Shown here: positions 52,752 through 63,152 of the stretch, in pieces
Position numbering within the stretch: position 1 is the first letter of the stretch
Layout of the letters: every line of letters starts with the position of its first letter
Source: Deltaproteobacteria bacterium
GTDB taxonomy: Bacteria > Myxococcota_A > Polyangia > Nannocystales > Nannocystaceae
Reading direction: 5' to 3'
Assembly: GCA_016712475.1 (NCBI GenBank)
Contig: JADJRA010000001.1
Coordinates: 1,413,414 to 1,477,413, forward strand
Length of the DNA: 64,000 bases
Position numbers and translations under genes: made by a program
Notes under the pieces: model-generated
The model's database searches: none
Seen by the model: only the letters and a program-made list of their open reading frames with translations
Told to the model about the DNA's origin: nothing

Positions 52752-53858
52752 ATGGATGTCGGATCAACCGTGCGACGCGCGGTGCTCATGGGGCTCATCG
52801 CACTGCCATGCGCATGCAACGACGTGCGCAGCGATCGGGGCGCGGAGGGTGGCGCGGTCGCGACGATCGCGAGCGCGGCCGACGACTCCGGCGTCGCCCA
52901 GGGCACGCTGGGTGGCGACGGCGACGGCGACGCAGGCCCGGACAGCGGCGCCGATGACGGTCCGCTGGATGGCACGGGCGCGAGCGTGTTCGACGTCGGC
53001 GGCCCCTCGGGCGGCGGTGAGACCGGCCCCGTCATCAACGACGACGAGTGCCAGAAGATCGACTTCCTGTTCGTGATCGACAACTCGGGTTCGATGTTCA
53101 ACGAGCAGCAAGCGCTGGTGTCGAGCTTCCCCGGGTTCATCGCTGCGATCCAGCAGAAGGTCAACGCACAGAACTACCAGATCATGGTGGTCGACACGGA
53201 TGCGGCCCACGCAAACCTCTGCACCGACGTGTGCATGACGCTGCCCAACTGCTTCGGCACGCCGTGCAACAGCATCCCGACACCCACCGTCTGCGACGAG
53301 ACCCTGGGCGCCGGCGTGACCAAGAGCAGCGCCGGCCTCGAGTGCGGCGTGACGGCACCGGATCGCTTCATGGTGGACGCGCAGCCGGATGTCGGCGGGA
53401 CGTTCGCGTGCATGGGCAAGGTCGGCATCACCGGGCAAGACGTGGAGCGCCCGATGGACGCGATGGTCGAGGCCGTGACCAGCCAGGCCGAGCCCGGCGC
53501 CTGCAACCAAGGCTTCCTGCGCGACGACGCAATCTTGGTGGTCACGTTCATCACCGACGAAGAGGACGACGGCGACTCGCTGGGCGACCCCGCCAGCTGG
53601 AAGCAGGCCCTGGTCGCGGCCAAGGCCGGCAACGAGGCGGCCGTGGTGGTGCTCGGCCTGGTCGGCGATCCCGACGTGATGGGTGGCACGTGCGGGCCGC
53701 TCGGGCTCGCCGAGCCTTCACCGCGCCTGCGCACCTTCGCGGAGTCGCTGCAGTTCGGCAGCTGGGGCTCGATCTGCGCGGTCGACTACGCGCCGTTCTT
53801 CGCCGACGCGGTCGAGGTCATCGACTCGGCGTGCGAGCAGTTCGATCCCGAAGGCTGA
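52752..53858 (+). CDS. Secreted lipoprotein with a von Willebrand factor A (VWA/MIDAS) domain
   Basis: ATG at 52752 gives MDVGSTVRRAVLMGLIALPCAC lipobox; MIDAS motif FLFVIDNSGSM (DxSxS); downstream Thr/Asp ligand region. Confidence 0.65.
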   Translation: MDVGSTVRRAVLMGLIALPCACNDVRSDRGAEGGAVATIASAADDSGVAQGTLGGDGDGDAGPDSGADDGPLDGTGASVFDVGGPSGGGETGPVINDDECQKIDFLFVIDNSGSMFNEQQALVSSFPGFIAAIQQKVNAQNYQIMVVDTDAAHANLCTDVCMTLPNCFGTPCNSIPTPTVCDETLGAGVTKSSAGLECGVTAPDRFMVDAQPDVGGTFACMGKVGITGQDVERPMDAMVEAVTSQAEPGACNQGFLRDDAILVVTFITDEEDDGDSLGDPASWKQALVAAKAGNEAAVVVLGLVGDPDVMGGTCGPLGLAEPSPRLRTFAESLQFGSWGSICAVDYAPFFADAVEVIDSACEQFDPEG

Positions 53859-53903
53859 CGCCGCGCTGCCACGCCGCGGCCCCTGGTGCAGGGCCCTCGC
53901 ACG

Positions 53904-56504
53904 TCAGCGACGAGCGTGCGCACGACGACGCGGCTCGTGCATGGGGGCGGGCGCGGAGAAGCGACCCCGCCGTGGTGGGCGTGGCCGCGCGATCCAACGC
54001 TGCAGCGGTCGCTTGACCGCCTCGATCGTGATCGCGTAGCCGAGCGCGATCGCGGCGAGCGCGAGCCACTGCACCGTCGGGAGCGGGACGAAGCCGAGCA
54101 GCGACCCGGCCGGCGACATCGGGATCGCGAACGCAGCCACTGCCACCACCAGGGTCGAACCCCACAACGCCGCGTGGGGCCGCGAGCTCCAGCAGCGACG
54201 CTGCGTTCGCAACACCAGCAGCACCAACAGCTCCGTCAGCAGCGACTCGACAAACCACGCGGTGTGGAACGCCGCCGGCGAGACGCGGAACCACATCGTG
54301 AGCAACACGAAGGTCAGCCCGTCGAAGGCCGCGCTGAGCAGGCCGAAGACGATCATGAAGCGGCGAATGAAGCCGAGGTCCCAGCCACGGGGCTGCTGCA
54401 GCATCTCGTCGTCGACACGATCGGTCGACAGCGTGGTCGAAGGAATGTCCGACAGGAAGTTGTTGAGCAGCACCTGGTGGGCGAGCAGCGGCAAGAACGG
54501 CAGGAACAACGCCGCGGCCGCCATGCTGAGCATGTTGCCGAGGTTCGCGCTCTCGGTCGTGAGCACGTACTTCATGGTGTTGGCGAAGGTCTTGCGCCCC
54601 TCGAGCACGCCCTCTCGCACGCTGTCGAGGCCGCGCTGCAGCAGCACGAAGTCGGCGGCCTCGCGTGCGACGTCGACGGCGCCCTCGACCGAGATCCCGA
54701 CGTCGGCGGCGTGCAGCGCCGGCGCGTCGTTGATGCCGTCGCCCATGAAGCCAACCACGTGGCCGCCGTGCGAGAGCGCCACGAGGATGCGCTCCTTGTC
54801 CATCGGATCGACCTCCGCGAACATGTCGGCGCGCTCGACCACGTGCCACAGCGCGGTGTCGACCAGCTGCGCGAGCTCGGCCCCGGTGACGACCTCGTCG
54901 CGCACAAAGCCCAGCCGTGCACCGACGTGGCGCACGACCTCGCGGTGATCGCCACTCACGATCTTCACGCGCACGCCGAGCGCACGCAGGCCGTCGATGG
55001 CCTCTGCCGCGCCGGCCTTCGGCGGGTCGCGGAAGCACAGGAAGCCCTCGAACACCAGCTCCGCCTCGGCCCCGCGCGCGACGGTGGTGTCGGGCCACGC
55101 TCGCGAGGCGACCGCGATCACGCGCATGCCCTCGCGGCTCCAGGCCCCGGCCCGCGCGCGGATCGCCGCGAGCGCGGCGTCGTCCAGCGGCACCACACCC
55201 GCGTGCTCGCGCACCGCCGTGCACACGGCGAGCACGGACTCGAACGCGCCCTTGGTCACCAGCAACGGCGACGCACCACCGCGATCCATCAAGACGCTGA
55301 GGCGCTTGCGCGTGAAGTCGAAGGGGATCTCATCGAGCTTGCGTGGCAGCGGTGCGGCCTGGTCGACGGCAGCGGCCACGATCGCGCGATCGATCGGGTT
55401 CACGATGCCGGCCTGCAGGGCCGCGTTGTCCCGGGCCAGCCGCAAGACCTCCGGCGCGGGCACGCCTGCCGCGTCGGTGCTCGACGCCAGCCGCACCTCG
55501 CCCTCGGTGAGGGTGCCGGTCTTGTCGGTGCACAGCACGTCCATGTTGCCGAGGTTCTCGATCGCCTCGAGCCGCCGCACCAACACGCCGCGCTTCGCCA
55601 TCCGCCGCGCGCCACCCGACAGCATCGTCGCCAGCACCGCCGGCAGCATCTCCGGCGCGAGCCCGACCGCGAGCGCCAGCGCGAACAAGAGCGCCTCGAT
55701 CGGCGCGTGACCACGAATCGCACTCGCGGCGAACACCACGAACACCAGCGCCAGCATCGCCCGCAGCAACAGGTAGCCGAAGTGACGCAGACCCAGCTCG
55801 AAGTCGGTCGCCGGGGATCGATGCGCGAGCTGCTTGGCGACCTGGCCGAACGCCGTCGCGCCACCGGTGGCGACCACCAAGGCGTGACCACTGCCGCTGC
55901 GCACGCTGGTGCCCATGTGCACGACGTTGGTGCGGCCCGCCAGCGGCGTGTCGGCGGCCACCGGGCCCGCGTGCTTGTCGACCGGGAACGGCTCGCCGGT
56001 GAGCAGCGACTCGCCGACGATGAGCTCGCGGGTCTCGAGCACCACGGCGTCGGCCGGAATCAGGCTGCCGGCCGCGAGCACGAGCACGTCGCCGGTGACG
56101 ACCGCGGTCGCGGCCACCTCGAGCGGTGCACCGTCGCGGAGCACGGTCGACCGCATCGCCGTGCGTGCCCGCAGCCGCTCGAGCGCATGCCCGGCCCGCA
56201 CGTCCTGCAGCAGCGAGATCGCGGTGCCGAACACGAGGATCGCCGCGACCACGATCGCGTCGGTGACCTCGCCGACGCCGACGCTGATCGCCGCCGCCAC
56301 CAGCAGCAGCCACAGCAGCGGGTTGCGTGCCTGCGAGCCCAGCGCGGCCGCCCACGGCCCGTGATGCCCGGCGTCGACGCGGTTGGGACCGGCGATCCGC
56401 AGTCGCTGCGCGGCCTCGGTGGCGCCGAGGCCCGTGGTGCGGGCTTCGAGCGCCGCGAGCAGCGTCGCGGCATCGAGCGACCAGTACTGCGGCGGTGTCG
56501 ACAC
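53904..56504 (-). CDS. P-type ATPase, MgtA-like magnesium-translocating / cation-transporting
   Basis: 866 aa; phosphorylation motif DKTGTLTEG, TGES-like LLTGEP, hinge GDGINDAPAL, about 10 TM helices; GTG start at 56504. Confidence 0.8.
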   Translation of the reverse strand: MSTPPQYWSLDAATLLAALEARTTGLGATEAAQRLRIAGPNRVDAGHHGPWAAALGSQARNPLLWLLLVAAAISVGVGEVTDAIVVAAILVFGTAISLLQDVRAGHALERLRARTAMRSTVLRDGAPLEVAATAVVTGDVLVLAAGSLIPADAVVLETRELIVGESLLTGEPFPVDKHAGPVAADTPLAGRTNVVHMGTSVRSGSGHALVVATGGATAFGQVAKQLAHRSPATDFELGLRHFGYLLLRAMLALVFVVFAASAIRGHAPIEALLFALALAVGLAPEMLPAVLATMLSGGARRMAKRGVLVRRLEAIENLGNMDVLCTDKTGTLTEGEVRLASSTDAAGVPAPEVLRLARDNAALQAGIVNPIDRAIVAAAVDQAAPLPRKLDEIPFDFTRKRLSVLMDRGGASPLLVTKGAFESVLAVCTAVREHAGVVPLDDAALAAIRARAGAWSREGMRVIAVASRAWPDTTVARGAEAELVFEGFLCFRDPPKAGAAEAIDGLRALGVRVKIVSGDHREVVRHVGARLGFVRDEVVTGAELAQLVDTALWHVVERADMFAEVDPMDKERILVALSHGGHVVGFMGDGINDAPALHAADVGISVEGAVDVAREAADFVLLQRGLDSVREGVLEGRKTFANTMKYVLTTESANLGNMLSMAAAALFLPFLPLLAHQVLLNNFLSDIPSTTLSTDRVDDEMLQQPRGWDLGFIRRFMIVFGLLSAAFDGLTFVLLTMWFRVSPAAFHTAWFVESLLTELLVLLVLRTQRRCWSSRPHAALWGSTLVVAVAAFAIPMSPAGSLLGFVPLPTVQWLALAAIALGYAITIEAVKRPLQRWIARPRPPRRGRFSAPAPMHEPRRRAHARR

Positions 56505-56709
56505 GCCGCCGGCGAATGTACACGAGGGCGCGAGCCTGCGATGCCGGGCGCGCCGTCGCAGCGTGCAACGCGACGCGACGCGGCAGCAAGCCCTCGACGT
56601 GCTCGATGCGGCGGCGATCGACGCGGGCGACGGTCTCGCGGGCGACGCTCTCGCGCAGGCCCAACAGTGGCGCCGACCCCCGGACCCGCACGTCGACGCG
56701 TACCCGTGG

Positions 56710-57267
56710 TCACACCGGCTGCGCGTGCAGCAGCTTCATCAGCACCGTGTGATCGGTGTGATCGCGAACACCCGGGAGATGCAGCAGGCGCCCGAGCTTG
56801 CCGAGCCCATGGTTGTTGAGCAGCTCGAGCGAGTGCATCACGATGCCGCCGGGGTGCTGCGGGTTGCCGACGTCGATGTCGACCTCGATGGTCTCGCCCT
56901 CGGCCCAGCCGATCTGGACCGACATCACGGCGGTGGTCTGTCGCACCGCGTCGGTGATGCCGTGGTGCCGCGCGAAGCTGTCCCACTTGAAGGCATGCGT
57001 GCCCCGATCGGTGTTGTCGCGCACCGCCGCCACGAACTCGGCGCTGTAGTCGAAGAAGAGCCGGTCGTCGCGGATGCCCCCCACGCCGTCCCGCAGGCGC
57101 AGCATCGCGACGCCCAGCTGCGCCCGCAGGACCAGCGCGAACGTGATGTCGAAGAACGCCGCGCGGCGATGCTTGGAGAGGCCATCGAACGCGGCGCCCG
57201 AGATGCCCGAGTTGGAGAGGATCTGTCGCTGCCGCGGCCCGAGGCCGTCGAAGTTCGCGTGCGCCAT
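56710..57267 (-). CDS. Conserved hypothetical protein (about 185 aa), function unknown
   Basis: ATG at 57267 gives MAHANFDGLGPRQRQILSNSGISGAAFDGL...; non-biased, His-rich C-terminus (HLPGVRDHTDHTVLMKLLH); the upstream extension of the ORF is Arg/Ala junk. Confidence 0.4.
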   Translation of the reverse strand: MAHANFDGLGPRQRQILSNSGISGAAFDGLSKHRRAAFFDITFALVLRAQLGVAMLRLRDGVGGIRDDRLFFDYSAEFVAAVRDNTDRGTHAFKWDSFARHHGITDAVRQTTAVMSVQIGWAEGETIEVDIDVGNPQHPGGIVMHSLELLNNHGLGKLGRLLHLPGVRDHTDHTVLMKLLHAQPV

Positions 57268-57419
57268 CGTGATCGAGCTCCCGAGGGTATGTGCCGCGCA
57301 GCGGCTGCGGTTCCCGGCGAGGTGCAGAATTTCCGCCGCCGGCGCGCCTGCACCAGCTCGAACCCCCGCCTGGGGTGGCGCGAGCTGGCGGGGCCGGCGT
57401 GCGGCGCCCGATGGGGCGC

Positions 57420-60400
57420 CTAGCGGCGACGAGTCGCGCGCCGCTCGATCTCCGCCACGACGTCGGCACGGCGGCGCGACCAGGTCGCCGCATCGACGTG
57501 CATCACATCCCATCCCCGCAGCCGCAGCACCGCAGGTCGGTGGAGATGGCGTTCGAAGGCGTCGGCTGCATCGGCGCCCTCGTCGGTGAGCACCGCGAGT
57601 ACGAAGTCCGGCGTGTCGGCGGCGCCGATCGCCAGCGGTATGCGGAACTCCGACGCGCCCAGGCCCAGCTCGCAGCGCAGGCCGGTGCGCTCGAGCGCCA
57701 GCGCGATCTGGACCGCGAGCGGCACGTGCCCCTCGAACGAGGCACGCTCGCGCTCGCCCGCGGCGTTGCGTCGGCGCCCGCGCACGTCGTCGAGCACCTG
57801 CTGCGCCTGCAGACGCTGCCCCTTGCCGAGCAGGAATGCGAACTCGAGGTAGGCCTTGAACAGTCGCGGGCCATCGTGGGTGGCGTCACCGACGTGCAGC
57901 AACTCGGGGTCGAACGAGGCGACCACGTAGCACTCGGCCTTGGCGCGGGAGATCGCGACGTTGAGGCGCCGCTCGCCGCCACGTTGCCCGAGCGGACCGA
58001 AGCGCGCCGGCACGTAGCGCTCGCTCGCGCCGCCCTTGCGGGTGCGCTCGACCGGCGCGTGGCCGAGCGAGAACACGATGACGTCGCGCTCGTCGCCCTG
58101 CACCGACTCGAGGTTCTTCACGAACGGTCGTCGATCGATGGCATCGACGGTGGTGGCAGCCCGCCACGCCGCGGCGAATCCGTCGTCGGCGGCGACGCGG
58201 GCCTCGACCGCGTCGAGCACGGTCTGACGCTGGCGGAGGTTGAACGTCACGACGCCGATGGTCGGCGGCTCGCTGCGCGACAGCAGCTCGGCGATGAGCG
58301 CCACGACGCGCTCGGCCTCGGGGCGATTGAGCCCGGCGTCGTACTGCCCGCCCTCCACCGCGATCCACCGCAGGGCCGGCGGCGCGGTGGGCCCCTGCGT
58401 CGAGGGGATGGTGAGCAGCTCGCCGTCGTACATCGCGTGGTTGGAGAACGCGATCAACGACTCGTCGCGGCAGCGGTAGTGCCACTGCAGGCCCGCGTGG
58501 GGACAGCGCGCGCGCGCCAGCGCCAGCAACGACTCGGCCGCGAACACGTCGCGCACCGCGAGTTCCTCGGCCGAGCGATCTTCGTCGTCGGTGCTGCTGG
58601 TGCCGAGTTCGAAGTACGACGACGGCGGCATCTGCTTCTCGTCGCCAGCGATGACCACCCGCTGCGCCCGCAGCATCACCGGCAGACCCGACTCGACGGT
58701 GCACTGCGAGGCCTCGTCGAAGATCACGAGGTCGAACAGCGGCTCGCGCGGGAACAGCACCGTCATGGTCTCGGGCGACAGCAACCAGCACGGCATCACA
58801 TCGAGCAGGCCGACGTCGGCGAACTCGCGGACGAAGCGGCGCAGTGGCATCAAGCGGCTCTTCTTGCCGACCTCCTTGAGCAGCGACTCCTTGGCGCGCT
58901 GCGGGTCGCTCCGGCGCGCGCGATAGCCCGCGTTCGGCGTCTGCAGCAGCTCGGCCTGGTCGGCCCGGGCGACGATGGCGGCAACCTCGAGCGCTGCGAT
59001 CTCCGGCTCGAGCCGCGTCATCGTCTCGATCGCACGGTCCGCGCGCTGGGCGGTCGCGATCGTGCCGAGATCGTCGATGCGTGGCTGCAGGTTGCGGGCG
59101 CGCTCCAGCTGCGCCGCCGCCCATGCCCGCGCGATCGACTCGCGCCAGTCGGTGAAGGGGCGACCCGCGAGCGCCGCGGCCACGCGATCGAGCAACGCCG
59201 GCGCGGCCGTCATCGTCTCGCACGCCAGCGCGGTCCAGCCGTCGAGCTCGCGCAGCCGCGTCGCGTCGCGGGCGAGCCGGTCCGCGAGCTCGCGTAGTGC
59301 GGTGGCGTCGTCGCGCAGGACCCACGGGAACACCCCTGCGATGGCCGCCAGCGCCTGCAGCAGCCGCTGTTGCGCCTCGGACTGCGCGAGACGGTGCGCC
59401 GCCCACTCGTCGGTGGCGGCGCGCTCGAGCGAGATGCCGATCGCCGCCAGCGTCGTGGCCGCGGCACGCACCGGGGCCGCGAGTCCGGCCAGCAGCTGCA
59501 AGCGCTCGATCGCCGCGCCCGCGCTGGCGGCATCACCTTGCGCCCGCGCCGACAGTCCGAGCCGCTCGAACAGCGCCCGCGCTTGCGCCCACGCGCGCGC
59601 GGCGTGCAGCCGCGATTGCAGCCGCGCGAGAAACTCGGCATCGAAGCCGGCCGCCGCCTGCTCGGGCCACAGTCGCACCAGCGACGCGCGCACCTCGGCC
59701 CGCGTGCGCCACCACAGCGGCGAGACGATCCGCGCCCAGCGACCGGCGAACGACTGCAGCACCGTCACCGCGCGCTCGGCGGGATCGTCGACCACGAGCC
59801 CGCCGGGGCTCCACTGCGCCAGCGCCTGCGACTCGCCACGCCAGCGCTCCACGAGCGACGCGACACCGTCGTCGCCGTGCAGGCACAGCGCGGTCAGCAA
59901 CGCGATGTCGTCGGGGCCCTGGCAGGCCGCACGCGCGGCGTGCAGCGCGAGCAGACCCTCGCGTGCGCGCGCCAACGCGTCGCGATCGACCGGCGCCGGC
60001 GCCAGCGCAGCGTCGAAGGCGTCCGCGTGGGCGATGGCGTCGCGCAGCTGCACGCGCATCGCCGTGAGCGCCGCGTCGTCGTACCCGCGCAGCGAGCCGC
60101 GCGCGAGCCCCCGCTGGCGCCACCACGCGCTCGGAGCCCACAGGTCCTGGTGCGGATGCAGCCGCTCGACCAGCTCGAGCAGTCGCAGCAAGCGTTCGCG
60201 ATCGATACCCGCGAGCGCGGGATCGACGACGTGGGGCTCGCCGCTGGCGACCATCGTGATGAGCTGGCCGACGCACAGGCCGGCGTCGTCGATCCGCTGC
60301 GCGAGCAGGCTGCGATCGGCCTCGAGCGCGGCCTTGGCCTGCTCGTACTCCATGCGCAGCAGCTCGAGGCGGCCCGGCGGCGAGGCCGAAGGTCGCTTGG

Positions 60401-63152
60401 CCTCGAGGCGCACCCGCACCCGCTCGAACAACGGCTTGCGGTCCTCGTGCACGTCGTGCACCACCGCGAGGTACTGTCCGAGGCCCCGAACCTCGAGTCG
60501 CTGCCCGACCACGTCGAGCGCCGCACGCTTCTCGGCGACCACCGCCACCCGCTCGCCGCGACGCAGCGCGTCGGCCACCAGATTGACGATGAGCTGGCTC
60601 TTGCCGGTCCCCGGCGGGCCATCGACGACCGTCACGCGGTGGCTGCGACACTGCGCCAGCACGGCGCGCTGGCTGGGATCGGCCGCGACCACCGGCCAGC
60701 CCGGCGCACCCGCGTCGGTCACCGCGGGCTCACCGACCACGCCGGTCGTGGCGGGCAGCAACGCGGCCGCCGAGGCCAGCACGGTGGCGGGCTCCTTCGC
60801 GAGGTCGGCGAGCTCGCGCAGCAGCGCGTCGTAGTCTTGCAGGAGATCGGAGCTCGACTGGGGGAACAACCCCAACAGCGCGCACTCCTCGATCGACAGC
60901 CGCGGCGGGGCCTGATCGAGGTCGCGGTCGCGATCGCCAAACGGCACCAATGCGGTCGACTCCACCGCCACCGGCACGCCGATCTCGCGCAGCTTCGCGA
61001 GCATGGCTTCGACCCCGCGCGCGGGGTCGGCCACAATGTCGTCGAGCTCGCGTCCGAGTTCGTCGGGGAAGGCGAGCGCGGCCTTGTTGAAGAGCAGGCG
61101 CAACAGCGACTGGTTTGCGATCGGCTCCTCGTCGCTGCGCCGGCGCAGCGAGAAGCCCCGCGCACCGCGACCGTCACGCTCGAGCTCGACCGGGAACAGC
61201 ACCAGCGGTGCTCGCACGCCGTAGCCGACCTCGGTCACGCCGCGCGGCGCGATGTTGCCGACCAACACGGGATAGCCCACGTACAGCTCGTTGGCGCCGG
61301 TCTCCTCGATGCGATCACGGACCTCGCGGTGCAGCTCTCGCAGCTGCGCGGAGCAGGCCTCCGCGGCGTCGTGTCGGCCGGCGTCGTCGGCGGTCACCAA
61401 CACCGCCTCACGGCCGCCGCGCACCAAGGTCAGCGTGCGCTCGGCGGTGCCGGGGCGGATCGCATCGAGCGCGACGAGATCGAAGCAGCGCCCGCGCACG
61501 AGCCGACGCAGCCGCACCGAGGGACTGCGTCCGTCGCCGGAGATCAGCTCGTCGCGCAGCCGCGTGATGGCGTCCGTCAGCGCCCGCCTCGAGGCGTCGA
61601 TCGGCGCCGCCGCGGCCGATGGCGGCTGACGGGTCGCCACCAGCCGCACCGGCTGGTCGAGCGGCGCACCGTGCAGTGGCGGGCTGACCTCGATGCCGCG
61701 ATCACGGAACAGCTGCGCGAGGGGTGCGAGGGCCTCGGGCGTGGTCGCCTGCACGCCGGCGAGCCGCAGCAGACGACGCGGTGCGATCGACGACTCACCG
61801 CGACGCTCGACGCTGTCGCACAGCGCGGCGAGGGCGTCGGCAACCTCGTGCTTGCGCACCGGCAGCGGGATCGCGACCTGCTCGAGCAGCTCGAGCTCGA
61901 GCGGCGACTGCATCGCGGCGATCGCAGGGCGGATCCAGCGGCGGAACTCGCCGCCGTGCCCGAGCGCCTCACCGATCGCGAGGATCGTCTGCACCTCGCG
62001 CGCGTCGACCACGTCGTCGGCACCCATCACGTGGGTGAGCAGCAAGAACAGGCTGCGCACGAGATCCGGCCCGCCGGCACGGACCATGCCGCCGGTCTCG
62101 TAGAAGCGGGCGAGCGCGACCTCGGGATCGAGCAGCTCCGACCAGCCGGGGATGGTGCGACCGAAGGCGTCCTCGATCGCGTCGAGCTCCTCGGGCGAGA
62201 TCACGCCATCGGCGGCGGCGACCAACACCGCGCACGCGAGCGCGCACTCGCCCAGGAACGCCGGCGGCTCGTCGCGCGGGTCGAAGTCGACGTCGACGCG
62301 GCTCGAACCCAGCGCGCGCGCGATCACGGCATCGACCTCGGCGAGGCTGCGCGTGCTCGCGCCGCGCCCCGTGAGTCGCTGGTACACATCGCTCTCCGAG
62401 AACAGCCACAGCGCCCAGGCGCGCAGGCTGTGCTCGGGGTGCGTGGTCGCGAGCGCGGCTTCACCGGCCGCCAGCGTGCGATCCATGAGCTCTCGCGCCT
62501 GCTCGAGGTAGGCCGCGGTGTCCCACGTCAACGCGTCGCCGGGCAGGCCCGTGGTCGCGATCATCTCGAGCCGCAGCGCTGCGTCGAGATCCTGGCACGC
62601 GAGCAGGCCGAAGCGATCGGCCGTGATCTCGCGCGCGACCGCGAGTCGACGCGCGGCCTCGGCCTGGGCGCTCGGCAACACCCCCGCCTCGGCCAGCTGC
62701 AGCCCCGCCAGCGCGGTGGCCCCGAGCTCCGTCCAAGGCCCGTGCGCCAGCCAGTGACCCAGCTCGTGCCCGAACAACGCCACGGCGGCACCGTCGTCGA
62801 GCAGCGTCAGCATGCGCCCTTGGATCTCGAGCAGGATCGGCGACTGCACGAAGTGCAGCGCCGCGTTCTCGCGGCCGCTCGACTGGTAGAGCTCGAGCGC
62901 GCCATCGATCGCCAGGGCCGCTCGCGCCGCCTCGGCCTGGGCATGGGCGGCGGGTGCCATCGTCGGCGACAGCGCGAGCGCGTCGGCGTGCAGGCGGCGA
63001 CGAATCGCCTCGGCATCACGCGGCACCAGCGAGGCCCGCTGCACCGCGAAGCCGGGGAAGCCGTCGAGCGCGGCGGCCAGCTGCCGCTCCAGCGAGAACC
63101 GCACCGCCTCGACGTCGAGACCGACCAAGCTCGTGCGCGTCGTGGCCGTCAC
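57420..63152 (-). CDS. Giant multidomain protein (1910 aa): N-terminal M48-like Zn-metallopeptidase domain, TerB-like domain, DUF4011-like region, Upf1-like SF1 helicase (AAA_11/AAA_12), C-terminal restriction-endonuclease-like (DUF3320/DUF559-type) domain
   Basis: LLDDGAAVALFGHELGHWLAHG (HExxH, M48-type); AAADGVISPEELDAIEDAFG (TerB-like); LYVGYPVLVG...RAPLVLFPVELER (DUF4011 signature); VDGPPGTGKSQLIVNL (Walker A), VIFDEASQ (motif II), VIAGDEKQMPP, WHYRCRDESLIAFSN, QGDERDVIVFSL, RRLNVAISRAKAE (SF1/Upf1-like motifs); C-terminal ...RLRGWDVMHVDAATW... REase-like; GTG start overlaps the upstream gene stop (GTGA). Confidence 0.75.
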   Translation of the reverse strand: MTATTRTSLVGLDVEAVRFSLERQLAAALDGFPGFAVQRASLVPRDAEAIRRRLHADALALSPTMAPAAHAQAEAARAALAIDGALELYQSSGRENAALHFVQSPILLEIQGRMLTLLDDGAAVALFGHELGHWLAHGPWTELGATALAGLQLAEAGVLPSAQAEAARRLAVAREITADRFGLLACQDLDAALRLEMIATTGLPGDALTWDTAAYLEQARELMDRTLAAGEAALATTHPEHSLRAWALWLFSESDVYQRLTGRGASTRSLAEVDAVIARALGSSRVDVDFDPRDEPPAFLGECALACAVLVAAADGVISPEELDAIEDAFGRTIPGWSELLDPEVALARFYETGGMVRAGGPDLVRSLFLLLTHVMGADDVVDAREVQTILAIGEALGHGGEFRRWIRPAIAAMQSPLELELLEQVAIPLPVRKHEVADALAALCDSVERRGESSIAPRRLLRLAGVQATTPEALAPLAQLFRDRGIEVSPPLHGAPLDQPVRLVATRQPPSAAAAPIDASRRALTDAITRLRDELISGDGRSPSVRLRRLVRGRCFDLVALDAIRPGTAERTLTLVRGGREAVLVTADDAGRHDAAEACSAQLRELHREVRDRIEETGANELYVGYPVLVGNIAPRGVTEVGYGVRAPLVLFPVELERDGRGARGFSLRRRSDEEPIANQSLLRLLFNKAALAFPDELGRELDDIVADPARGVEAMLAKLREIGVPVAVESTALVPFGDRDRDLDQAPPRLSIEECALLGLFPQSSSDLLQDYDALLRELADLAKEPATVLASAAALLPATTGVVGEPAVTDAGAPGWPVVAADPSQRAVLAQCRSHRVTVVDGPPGTGKSQLIVNLVADALRRGERVAVVAEKRAALDVVGQRLEVRGLGQYLAVVHDVHEDRKPLFERVRVRLEAKRPSASPPGRLELLRMEYEQAKAALEADRSLLAQRIDDAGLCVGQLITMVASGEPHVVDPALAGIDRERLLRLLELVERLHPHQDLWAPSAWWRQRGLARGSLRGYDDAALTAMRVQLRDAIAHADAFDAALAPAPVDRDALARAREGLLALHAARAACQGPDDIALLTALCLHGDDGVASLVERWRGESQALAQWSPGGLVVDDPAERAVTVLQSFAGRWARIVSPLWWRTRAEVRASLVRLWPEQAAAGFDAEFLARLQSRLHAARAWAQARALFERLGLSARAQGDAASAGAAIERLQLLAGLAAPVRAAATTLAAIGISLERAATDEWAAHRLAQSEAQQRLLQALAAIAGVFPWVLRDDATALRELADRLARDATRLRELDGWTALACETMTAAPALLDRVAAALAGRPFTDWRESIARAWAAAQLERARNLQPRIDDLGTIATAQRADRAIETMTRLEPEIAALEVAAIVARADQAELLQTPNAGYRARRSDPQRAKESLLKEVGKKSRLMPLRRFVREFADVGLLDVMPCWLLSPETMTVLFPREPLFDLVIFDEASQCTVESGLPVMLRAQRVVIAGDEKQMPPSSYFELGTSSTDDEDRSAEELAVRDVFAAESLLALARARCPHAGLQWHYRCRDESLIAFSNHAMYDGELLTIPSTQGPTAPPALRWIAVEGGQYDAGLNRPEAERVVALIAELLSRSEPPTIGVVTFNLRQRQTVLDAVEARVAADDGFAAAWRAATTVDAIDRRPFVKNLESVQGDERDVIVFSLGHAPVERTRKGGASERYVPARFGPLGQRGGERRLNVAISRAKAECYVVASFDPELLHVGDATHDGPRLFKAYLEFAFLLGKGQRLQAQQVLDDVRGRRRNAAGERERASFEGHVPLAVQIALALERTGLRCELGLGASEFRIPLAIGAADTPDFVLAVLTDEGADAADAFERHLHRPAVLRLRGWDVMHVDAATWSRRRADVVAEIERRATRRR

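Noticed and set aside
51362-53510. 5' 200-aa extension of the sigma-factor ORF (from 51362), 52002..52751 extension of the VWA ORF, 52322..53164 (-), 52764..53510 (-), 53048..54016 (+)
   Set aside because: Arg/Gly-rich junk in other frames or upstream of properly placed starts (ATGA coupling for the sigma factor; lipobox ATG at 52752)
53818-57493. ORFs 53818..55224 (-), 53886..56819 (+, 977 aa), 55330..56691 (-), 56060..57493 (-), 56383..57423 (+)
   Set aside because: Alternative or antisense frames of the P-type ATPase and the small hypothetical gene; low-complexity Arg/Gly/Ala translations despite their length
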